Of a stretch of DNA of 64,000 nucleotides, positions 27,085 to 34,393 are shown in pieces. The position numbers and the translations under genes were made by a program. The first letter of the stretch is position 1; each line of letters starts with the position of its first letter. The notes beneath the pieces were generated by a model. It made no database searches and was not told where the DNA came from. It worked only from the letters and a program-made list of their open reading frames with translations. Source of the DNA: Rickettsiales bacterium (GTDB lineage Bacteria > Pseudomonadota > Alphaproteobacteria > Rickettsiales > UBA998); contig JANQNR010000010.1 in the NCBI GenBank assembly GCA_028279475.1, positions 91,692 to 155,691 of the forward strand. Direction: 5' to 3'.

Positions 27085-29061
27085 TCACGCTGCTAACGGT
27101 TGTTTTGTGTTATGCTCAACATCGTCGGCCAGACGGCATAGTCCGCCAATATCCAGAATCAGCGATACTTTCCCATCGCCCAGAATGGTGGCACCTGAAA
27201 TCCCTTCAATCCGATCCGCATTGTCTTCCAGCGTCTTGATGACGACCTGCTGTTGCCCAAGAATCTCATCGACGACCAAACCAATATGGCTGTCCCCATT
27301 CTCCACCAGCACTACCAGCGCTTCACCAACGGTCTCCAGTGCATCCGGAATCTTGAAATACTCATAGAGATAAATCAGTGGCACAAACTCCCCGCGCACC
27401 TTAATCACCCGCATACCGTTCACGACCGTGCGCACTTCCTGTGCTTCCGGGCGAATAGCTTCAAGAATATTGGCAATCGGAATGACGTAATGCTCCGCTC
27501 CGATGCGTACGATCATGCCGTCCAGAATCGCCAGCGTGAGCGGCAGAGTAATCGTAAAGACCGATCCTTCACCTTCTTGTGATGTAACGGCCACCGTCCC
27601 ACCAATTCCTTCAATATTCTTCTTCACCACATCCATCCCGACGCCACGCCCGGATACATCAGACAATACGGCGGCCGTTGAAAATCCCGGTGCAAATATC
27701 AGATTGGCAATTTCATGATCGCTTAATTGTGCATCGGCCGGCACCACGTCCTTCTCAATGGCTTTCTGCAGCACACGCTCCCGATTGATGCCCTGCCCGT
27801 CATCACGAATCCTGATGACAATTCTGCCACCGCTATGCTCCGCCGAGAGCAGCACATTTCCCTGACGTGGTTTCCCGGTCGTCTCCCTTTCCTCCGGCGT
27901 TTCAACTCCATGGTCAATGGCATTGCGAATCAGGTGGTTTAACGGATCGCTCAACTGCTCGATCACGGTTTTATCCACCTCCGTCTGCTCGCCCTGCATC
28001 ACAAGTTCCACTTCCTTGCCCAGTTTGGCGGACAAATCCCGCACCAGGCGTGGCATCCGCGCAAAAACCGACTTTACCGGCTGCATCCGCACTGCCATCA
28101 CCGCTTCCTGTAATTCACGGGTATGCTGCGATAATTCCTCAATACCGTTAATCAGATCCGGAAATTCCTGTTGTGGTAGCTGACGTGTCTGTGACGCCAG
28201 CATTGCCTGCGTAATCACTACTTCACCGACCATGTTAATCAGTGCATCGACCTTATCAATATCAACCCGTATCGACGTTGCTGCCGGAGCCACCGCCTTA
28301 ACGGATGTCGTTCCCGGACTCACTGCCGTCGACACTTTCTCATCGGCAGACTTATCTTCCAGCGTTATGTCCAGTGTGCATTCATCTTCGACAAATTCGA
28401 ACACCTCCCGAATTGCCGCTTCGCCCTTATCGGTTTCTAACGTGATCTCCCAGGCAAGGTAACACACATCCGGCTCATATTTTTCCCAGGCAGGCAGACG
28501 GCTGGTATCACAGCAAATGTCTGCATTCCCTAATTCCGATAACTCTCGCAGCAGCAACATCGGCTCATTGCCGTTGACCAGCAGGGTATCACCCGGCACG
28601 AAACGAATCTGATAGGTCTGCATGGAAGAAGGTGATGCTGACTGCCCATTGTCAGATGCTGCCGGCGTTTTCACATTACCGCCGATCAGTACCTCCAGTT
28701 CTTCCGACACATCCTTGCCCAGTCCCTCCGGCACCGGCTGCTCTTCCTGCGCCGCCACCACCATCTGGTAGACAATATCCCGGGATTTTAACAAGACATC
28801 GATCACCTGCCGGGTCGCTTGCACACGTCCTTCGCGCATTTCATCGAGCAAGGTTTCCTGAATATGGGTGAATGCTGCGATCTCATTCAGGTAGAATGCA
28901 CCGGCACCGCCCTTGATCGAATGCGCATCACGAAAGATAGCATTGAGGCTGTCATGGTCCGTACTGCCCTCATCGAGTTGCAACAGCCGCTCTTCCATAT
29001 CGGCGAGCAGTTCAAAGCACTCGGTGATATAGGTCTGCCGGAAATGCGCCAGATCATCCAT
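27085..29061 (-). CDS. cheA: Chemotaxis histidine kinase CheA
   Basis: The HPt box is RDAHSIKGGAG. The HATPase N and G boxes are HLIRNAIDHG, DDGQGI and GRGVGMDVV. A C-terminal CheW-like domain is present. The ATG shares one nt with the cheY stop (TAATG). Confidence 0.95.
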   Translation of the reverse strand: MDDLAHFRQTYITECFELLADMEERLLQLDEGSTDHDSLNAIFRDAHSIKGGAGAFYLNEIAAFTHIQETLLDEMREGRVQATRQVIDVLLKSRDIVYQMVVAAQEEQPVPEGLGKDVSEELEVLIGGNVKTPAASDNGQSASPSSMQTYQIRFVPGDTLLVNGNEPMLLLRELSELGNADICCDTSRLPAWEKYEPDVCYLAWEITLETDKGEAAIREVFEFVEDECTLDITLEDKSADEKVSTAVSPGTTSVKAVAPAATSIRVDIDKVDALINMVGEVVITQAMLASQTRQLPQQEFPDLINGIEELSQHTRELQEAVMAVRMQPVKSVFARMPRLVRDLSAKLGKEVELVMQGEQTEVDKTVIEQLSDPLNHLIRNAIDHGVETPEERETTGKPRQGNVLLSAEHSGGRIVIRIRDDGQGINRERVLQKAIEKDVVPADAQLSDHEIANLIFAPGFSTAAVLSDVSGRGVGMDVVKKNIEGIGGTVAVTSQEGEGSVFTITLPLTLAILDGMIVRIGAEHYVIPIANILEAIRPEAQEVRTVVNGMRVIKVRGEFVPLIYLYEYFKIPDALETVGEALVVLVENGDSHIGLVVDEILGQQQVVIKTLEDNADRIEGISGATILGDGKVSLILDIGGLCRLADDVEHNTKQPLAA

Positions 29062-29423
29062 TACGCACACACCTTGTTGACGACCTGAATCAGCTTTTCA
29101 GGATTGAATGGCTTGACGATCCACCCGGTTGCACCGGCAGACTTCCCCTCACTTTTCTTGCTGTCGTCGCTTTCTGTCGTCAGCATCAGAATCGGGGTGG
29201 TGCGATATTCCGGCTTTCCACGCAATGCACGAATCAACTCCATACCGTTCATGTTCGGCATGTTGAGATCCGTAATAATCACATCCAACGGCCCGGATAC
29301 CTTACTCAGCGCATCCTGGCCATCTTCCGCTTCAATGACTTCAAACCCTTCCTTTTTAAGGGTGAATGATACCATTTCACGCATGGTCTTTGAGTCATCG
29401 ACCGTTAGTGCTTTTTTACTCAT
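29061..29423 (-). CDS. cheY: Chemotaxis response regulator CheY
   Basis: A single receiver domain: KALTVDDS...VIITDLNMPNMNG...TTE....GATGWIVKPF. Confidence 0.95.
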   Translation of the reverse strand: MSKKALTVDDSKTMREMVSFTLKKEGFEVIEAEDGQDALSKVSGPLDVIITDLNMPNMNGMELIRALRGKPEYRTTPILMLTTESDDSKKSEGKSAGATGWIVKPFNPEKLIQVVNKVCA

Positions 29424-29715
29424 GTGATTGCTCCCTGGTTGTGAATAATTCCGACGTCATCCCCATCAACTGGAATGCCTCAGCGATTACGGGATGCGCC
29501 ATATCCCATTCTAACGCTGTGCCACGTTGTTGCGCGGTAAGCGTCATGGCTATCAAGAGTTGTATTCCCGGCGTTGTGATTCGTTCCAGATTCTGCATAT
29601 CCAACTCAGTTGGCCATTTATCATTATATTTAATCTTTCCAATGAGTTCCTCAACCTGATACAGATCAAGCACGCTTGAAATATCTAATTTAAATTGCTC
29701 TTCTTTGCTATTCAT
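29416..29715 (-). CDS. STAS-domain protein, CheS-like, first gene of the che operon
   Basis: A 99-aa protein with the STAS-like core LERITTPGIQLLIAMTLTAQQRGTALEWDMAHPVIAEAFQLMGM. It overlaps the cheY start by 8 nt. Its position and size resemble Sinorhizobium CheS. Confidence 0.65.
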   Translation of the reverse strand: MNSKEEQFKLDISSVLDLYQVEELIGKIKYNDKWPTELDMQNLERITTPGIQLLIAMTLTAQQRGTALEWDMAHPVIAEAFQLMGMTSELFTTREQSHE

Positions 29716-29779
29716 GCAACCTTTAATATGGTCTAATCGTAAAATTTTTGTAAATTAATACGTGAATAGATCACAAAAA

Positions 29780-29811
29780 ATCTATCTATAGTTGTTATTT
29801 TTTAGATAGAT
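29780..29811. promoter_or_regulatory. 9-bp inverted repeat (atctatcta N14 tagatagat) upstream of the che operon, a candidate operator
   Basis: A perfect IR lies 65-95 nt upstream of the first che start codon. An extra tagat copy lies at ~29767. Confidence 0.3.
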
Positions 29812-29870
29812 GCTTTCTTACCATGATCAGAGCAATATCATTTTGACTTATTGCTCACGCGTATCCTTGC

Positions 29871-30497
29871 TTACGGCGCATGGGGCGGACGGTTAACATG
29901 ATGCTGCGGCGGGGTTGGCTCCTCAGTCAACGAATCATCGCCACTAAAGACCAGCAAAATACTGGCCAGTGACGCCAGCAGAAATCCCAGTGCAATCGTC
30001 TGACCGAATAGGAAATACAGCGTATCAGCCAATGGTGGTGGCGTATCCACCCCGGAGCCCCCCATATGGAACGCATAAGGCATCAGTACAAAGGCGGCCA
30101 GCAACAATCCGCGATGATCCAGAAAGAGCACCAGCAACAATACGAGCAGCGCCGCCCCCCATCCCAACAAATAAATGGCCGGATAGAGCTGCGCATCCAG
30201 CGCCACCAACCCGCCTCCTAAAAAGGCCAGGATATAGGCAATTGGCAACATCCCCCAGCCATAACGGCGGAACCGGGCACAAATCCCGGTCAGCAAAATA
30301 ATCCCCAGCCATCCGGCCGGTGAAGTCAATACCGTCATAAAGCCGTATGTCAGCCCAGCACCGGGCGCCCCACCCGGTGGAATCACCACTAGCAAGATGG
30401 ACGCCAGCAGGAAGCAGACAAAAAATGTCGTATAAATACGCGTGATTGGCACAGTCGCAGTAATGGTTGGGTTAAATTGATTAAATACTGTCATCAT
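29871..30497 (-). CDS. Hypothetical polytopic inner-membrane protein (about six TM helices) with a Pro/His-rich tail
   Basis: The hydrophobicity pattern runs through 208 aa. No diagnostic motif is recognised, and HupE/UreJ-like motifs are absent. Confidence 0.55.
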   Translation of the reverse strand: MMTVFNQFNPTITATVPITRIYTTFFVCFLLASILLVVIPPGGAPGAGLTYGFMTVLTSPAGWLGIILLTGICARFRRYGWGMLPIAYILAFLGGGLVALDAQLYPAIYLLGWGAALLVLLLVLFLDHRGLLLAAFVLMPYAFHMGGSGVDTPPPLADTLYFLFGQTIALGFLLASLASILLVFSGDDSLTEEPTPPQHHVNRPPHAP

Positions 30498-30628
30498 AGT
30501 ATTAGTTCACAAATAATCAACATGTATAGTTTTTCTCGTTACAGATAAATACTTAATCTATGCTTCGTTTTTCTATTCCGCCCATGCACTTCATCATCAC
30601 TACGACGTGAACAGACTCCATATGACAT

Positions 30629-30658
30629 TAAAAAAAAAACAGGGACGGCCTATGCCGC
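30629..30658 (-). terminator. Possible terminator after the OmpA-family gene
   Basis: On the minus strand a short hairpin (cggc-atag-gccg) is followed, after 6 nt, by a run of about ten T. The stem is weak. Confidence 0.35.
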
Positions 30659-31515
30659 TACTCAATAAAAATCTCAACACGACGATTTTTCGGCTCACGC
30701 ACGCCGTCACCGGCGGCAATGTCCGGATCGGTTTCTCCGAAAGCAAACACGGACATGATGTCTTTCGGCACTCCGAACGTTGCCAGCAAGTCGCGTACGC
30801 TCACCGCCCGGCGCTCGGAAAGCTTCATGTTATAGCCGGCATCCCCCGACGTATCCGCATGGCCATTAAGCACTAGTTCAAACGGCTCGTTAATCGCCAG
30901 TATTTCCTGTGCTACCTTGCGCAACTGATCCAATGCCCGGGCACTCAATATCGAGCGATCCCACTCAAAATAAATCAGATAGGACGTCGCTACGGCAGCG
31001 GAAAGCCTGCTTCCACTGATACTACCGGACGCCCCACCCTGCTGCACCTGATGCCGCAATAACGCCAGGTGGTTATAAAATTGCTGCTGACACTGCTGAA
31101 TCCGATTAACCGGCGCGTCCGCTTCCGCTCGCACCAACCAGCAATCATACAATGTTTGCAACCGGGCATAAGCATCGGGATGCTTGGTTGCCGCATCGGT
31201 CACAGTAATCGCATCCAGCGCTTTTTTCCCTTCCACGAGTGTCGACTCATACCCGGCATAAAGTACGCCATCACGCGGCACTTCGGCAAATACCTCCTCG
31301 CCATAAGCTGCCGCCAGCCCTTTTTCTGCCATAAATTGCGAGGAGCGGTAGCGTCCTTCCGTCTGCTCCTCCTCAGCTAATGCCAGATAGTATTCAGAAA
31401 GCTTGGTCTGAAAAGCATTGCCGGATGGTTCAACGGCGCGCAATTCATCCAGGCTAGCATGGGTACAGGCCACGACCAGCCAACTCAGTAGTACAACACA
31501 GATAATGTGCTTCAT
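30658..31515 (-). CDS. OmpA-family lipoprotein (C-terminal peptidoglycan-binding OmpA-like domain)
   Basis: The lipobox is LSWLVVAC at the MKHII start. The C-terminal pattern is NGHADTSGDAGYNMKLSERRAVSVRDLL...GETDP....DGVREPKNRRVEI. Confidence 0.8.
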   Translation of the reverse strand: MKHIICVVLLSWLVVACTHASLDELRAVEPSGNAFQTKLSEYYLALAEEEQTEGRYRSSQFMAEKGLAAAYGEEVFAEVPRDGVLYAGYESTLVEGKKALDAITVTDAATKHPDAYARLQTLYDCWLVRAEADAPVNRIQQCQQQFYNHLALLRHQVQQGGASGSISGSRLSAAVATSYLIYFEWDRSILSARALDQLRKVAQEILAINEPFELVLNGHADTSGDAGYNMKLSERRAVSVRDLLATFGVPKDIMSVFAFGETDPDIAAGDGVREPKNRRVEIFIE

Positions 31516-31655
31516 AGCCTTATCCATAACAGCATATAGTGGTAATGCAAGCGCTCGCTGTGAGCGCCGCGACATAGTACTTGCAATTGTCACGCCAGTG
31601 CGGTAACTCCGCCTCACTATAAAAAAGAAATACAATTGAGGACACAGGAGTCACC

Positions 31656-32075
31656 ATGACACAGCGCACATTATCCATCATCAAGCCCGACGCAACACAA
31701 CGCAATCTAACCGGCAAAGTCAACGCTATCCTGGAAGAAAACGGGTTTCGTATCATCGCCCAGAAACGTATCCACCTTAGCCGTCGCCAGGCTGCAAAGT
31801 TCTATGACGTTCACAAAGAACGTCCGTTTTTCGGTGAGCTGGTAGAATATATGGTCTCCGAGCCAGTTGTCGTGCAGGTGCTGGAAGCCGACGACGCCGT
31901 AGTTAAATACCGTGAAGTCATGGGTGCTACCAACCCTGGCGACGCTGCTGAAGGCACCATCCGGAAATTGTTCGGTGAATCCATCGAACGCAACACGGTG
32001 CATGGTTCCGACAGCCCGGAAAACGCCGCAATCGAAATTGCGTTCTTCTTCAGTGGCATTGAACTGGTTGGATAG
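31656..32075 (+). CDS. ndk: Nucleoside diphosphate kinase
   Basis: [10 protein letters not shown], the FY..H..RPFF pattern, GATNP and NTVHGSDS (active-site His). Confidence 0.95.
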   Translation: MTQRTLSIIKPDATQRNLTGKVNAILEENGFRIIAQKRIHLSRRQAAKFYDVHKERPFFGELVEYMVSEPVVVQVLEADDAVVKYREVMGATNPGDAAEGTIRKLFGESIERNTVHGSDSPENAAIEIAFFFSGIELVG

Positions 32076-32095
32076 CCTGTCATCTTTTCAACCGT

Positions 32096-32224
32096 TGCGG
32101 CGGGGACACCGACCCATAGCGCCCGTCCCACGCCCAGTGGCGCCAAGCTCAGACCCAGATCACGTACCTGCTCGCGTAGCTCTTCCTCCGTCGGCAGCGG
32201 ATCAGGACGCGGCGGCGCAGGAAC
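32096..32224 (-). pseudogene. Tip-less remnant of the MuF-toxin linker region (homology arm B')
   Basis: Aligns with 33501-33629 with roughly 13 mismatches in ~130 nt by eye. It encodes PAPPRPDPLPTEEELREQVRDLGLSLAPLGVGRALWVGVPAA versus the same segment of the 377-aa toxin. Homology ends 20 nt from the ndk stop. Confidence 0.7.
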
Positions 32225-32245
32225 ACCCGGAGCCCTCCGGAGTTG

Positions 32246-32620
32246 TTACTCTTCAATAATCTCCACGGTACTTTCAGACCCATCGCTGGCGAGGACAAGT
32301 GCTAATGCCTCGGCTGCTTTTTGACGTACCGCTTCCATTTCGGGTAAGCTAATCAATACGGATGCATTATAATCATCATCGTCTAATGATTTGCTATCAT
32401 ATTCTAATTCACTGAGCGTGCGATCAGCAACGTCTGAAAACACCACCTCTCCTGATTTCAACATGTCAATAAGCAGTGAGTCATAAAATAAATCTAACAC
32501 TGCTTCATTGTAGGAATAAGACAAATCTTGTTCGTTCTCAAACCACGCAATTTCTTGAAACTCTCGGTTCGATAATGCTTGAAGTGCATCAATAATATTC
32601 TTTTTATATATTTTTATCAT
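32246..32620 (-). CDS. Candidate immunity protein 2 (124 aa, strongly acidic)
   Basis: The start overlaps the stop of the orphan toxin tip (ATGA). The body is low-GC. The position is as expected for a cognate immunity gene. No family recognised. Confidence 0.55.
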   Translation of the reverse strand: MIKIYKKNIIDALQALSNREFQEIAWFENEQDLSYSYNEAVLDLFYDSLLIDMLKSGEVVFSDVADRTLSELEYDSKSLDDDDYNASVLISLPEMEAVRQKAAEALALVLASDGSESTVEIIEE

Positions 32621-32958
32621 CTGAACAACTCCGGCTTAAATTGAAAATCCTTGATCGGTATGTGGGATTCCAGTGATTGTGCTGGCACTATGTTACCATT
32701 TTTATCGAGTGATTGCCCATTTTTCTGCCATCGTACATTGTCAACTTTCTGTCCAATGTTTGTATTGTTTGGCTTGCCTTTTTGTATACGCAAGTAATTA
32801 TGAGTATTTTTAGGGTCGACATACTTGACGCCTGTTCCTTTCCTTGACGGCTCTCGCACCCAATCCCTCGGCACACCGAGCGGTCGTCGGAATAGACGTT
32901 CGTCCCGATACCTCCTTAGCCGTTGTGCGGCATTGCGGGAGAGGGTGCGGATAGCTAT
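32617..32958 (-). pseudogene. Orphan (promoter-less, start-less) toxin C-terminal cassette CT2 preceded by homology arm A'
   Basis: The frame is open immediately after the imm1 stop. The first 19 codons (IAIRTLSRNAAQRLRRYRDER) match IRTLSRNAAQRLRGYRDER of the full-length toxin: 53 nt at 32899-32952 versus 33439-33491 with 4 mismatches. A different ~90-aa tip then follows (PRDWVREPSRKGTGVKYVDPKNTHNYLRIQKGKP...). Confidence 0.65.
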
Positions 32959-33120
32959 TTAATAATCGCCTGCGAATTTACGAAGGTCAATTTCTGCCGT
33001 CATTGCCTCAACAGCCTTATGATAATCGTCTTTCTTTATTATTCCTTGCCAGACAAGGCCATCAATAACAAGTTCGGCAAGTTCTTGGCTTGTAAGTTTC
33101 TCATCATCTGTTTTTTCCAT
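32959..33120 (-). CDS. Candidate immunity protein 1 (53 aa)
   Basis: The ATG lies 8 nt after the toxin stop, with gaagag between them. The product is MEKTDDEKLTSQELAELVIDGLVWQGIIKKDDYHKAVEAMTAEIDLRKFAGDY. Below the ORF-track cut-off. Confidence 0.5.
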   Translation of the reverse strand: MEKTDDEKLTSQELAELVIDGLVWQGIIKKDDYHKAVEAMTAEIDLRKFAGDY

Positions 33121-33128
33121 CACTCTTC

Positions 33129-34262
33129 TCACTCAACAAAATGTATTTTTCTGATATTTATCCCTTGTACTTTTAAATCAATCGCAGGTGGCCCACTTTT
33201 CGATTTAGGCCTAAACCCAACCCAGTCACCATTTGGTAGGTTGCGTCCCTCAGAACCTTTATATGATTTTGGCTTGAAAGCCCGCCCATTAGTAGAAAGT
33301 TCATCATATAGCTTTCTTGCAGAAAATTCATCGCCTTTCACTTCCCTTATTCTTGCTCCATCCCCTTTTCTACCAATAAAACGTCCATTTGGCATTAAAA
33401 TGTCTTGCAGCCTTCTTGAAGTTTGCCTTGCAAGGCGCTCGTCCCGATACCCCCTTAGTCGTTGTGCAGCATTGCGGGAGAGAGTGCGGATGCCGTCGAG
33501 TGCGGCGGGGACACCGACCCACAGCGCCCGTCCCACACCCAGCGTCGCCAAGCTCAGCCCCAGATCACGCACCTGCTCGCGTAACGCGTCCTCCGTCGGC
33601 AATGGATCAGGACGCGGCGGAGCAGGCACGCTCGGCGGCAACGGCTCGGCAACACACCGGCAACCATACGCCACACCAGGATGCCCGCCCGGCGGCGGAT
33701 CATCCCAGCTGAACACCCGGTCATCATAAAACGCATGCACATCACGCACCTGCTCGTCATCGGAGGAACGCCAGATATAGGCGAGCACCCCTGCCTCACG
33801 CTGACGTCGTGCATCGAGGTTACGCTGCATCCGTCGCTGCACGCCCAGCGCCTCATGCAGAATGCGCCGTTCCACTTGCACCAGCAACGGCTCCTGACGG
33901 GTGAAGGCCTTGCGTTGTGGCATCATCGCTTTGCGTTGTTGTCCCGGCAGCAGGCGCTCCAACCGCTCGAACAGTTTGGTCATGCCGCGTACATATTGAT
34001 AGGCAAAATTGGCGCGCACCTCATCAAGATAGGGTTCCGTACCCAGCACCTCCGTATCCTTGCCCCATGACGCCAGCAGGTTAGAGAATTGTGCCCGGTG
34101 GTCGGCTTCTGCCTCTTCGACAATGTCCGGTGCCATCGCCATTGCATCCGAAACGGCAGTCAGTGCATCCAGCACCTCGATTTCCGAAAACCGCACCCGT
34201 TGCCGGCGTTTATACTCCCGGTATCGCGCTTCCCCATAGAATATCGCTGGTTCCTCGTACAT
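33129..34262 (-). CDS. MuF-domain (Phage_Mu_F / SPP1 gp7 family) polymorphic toxin with an unclassified basic C-terminal domain
   Basis: The MuF signature is YIWRSSDDEQVRDVHAFYDDRVFSWDDPPPGGHPGVAYGCRCVAEP. A Pro-rich linker follows. The C-terminal ~90 aa are Lys/Arg-rich (…GRNLPNGDWVGFRPKSKSGPPAIDLKVQGINIRKIHFVE). Confidence 0.8.
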   Translation of the reverse strand: MYEEPAIFYGEARYREYKRRQRVRFSEIEVLDALTAVSDAMAMAPDIVEEAEADHRAQFSNLLASWGKDTEVLGTEPYLDEVRANFAYQYVRGMTKLFERLERLLPGQQRKAMMPQRKAFTRQEPLLVQVERRILHEALGVQRRMQRNLDARRQREAGVLAYIWRSSDDEQVRDVHAFYDDRVFSWDDPPPGGHPGVAYGCRCVAEPLPPSVPAPPRPDPLPTEDALREQVRDLGLSLATLGVGRALWVGVPAALDGIRTLSRNAAQRLRGYRDERLARQTSRRLQDILMPNGRFIGRKGDGARIREVKGDEFSARKLYDELSTNGRAFKPKSYKGSEGRNLPNGDWVGFRPKSKSGPPAIDLKVQGINIRKIHFVE

Positions 34263-34393
34263 GCAAGGGAGAATGAAGAGGAAGACAGAGTGCCGGAAGG
34301 GGGGAACTGAAAAATTATGTCACCACACCAAAACTTAACCTGCCTGAAGTATCATTTGTCAAACGGTGTTATGCCGGTGTAGGGAAATACAAT

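Noticed and set aside
29871-30497. HupE/UreJ annotation for the 208-aa membrane protein
   Set aside because: The overall size and hydrophobicity are similar, but the His-containing signature motifs are not visible. It is left as a hypothetical membrane protein.
31811-32146. 111-aa minus-strand ORF starting MAPLGVGRALWVGVPAA
   Set aside because: It is a chimera. Its first residues come from the toxin-linker remnant and the rest is antisense to ndk. It is treated as a pseudogene fragment, not a gene.
32923-33729. 268-aa plus-strand ORF across the toxin locus
   Set aside because: It is antisense to the MuF toxin and imm1. The minus-strand reading gives the MuF signature and coupled downstream genes, whereas this frame has no features.
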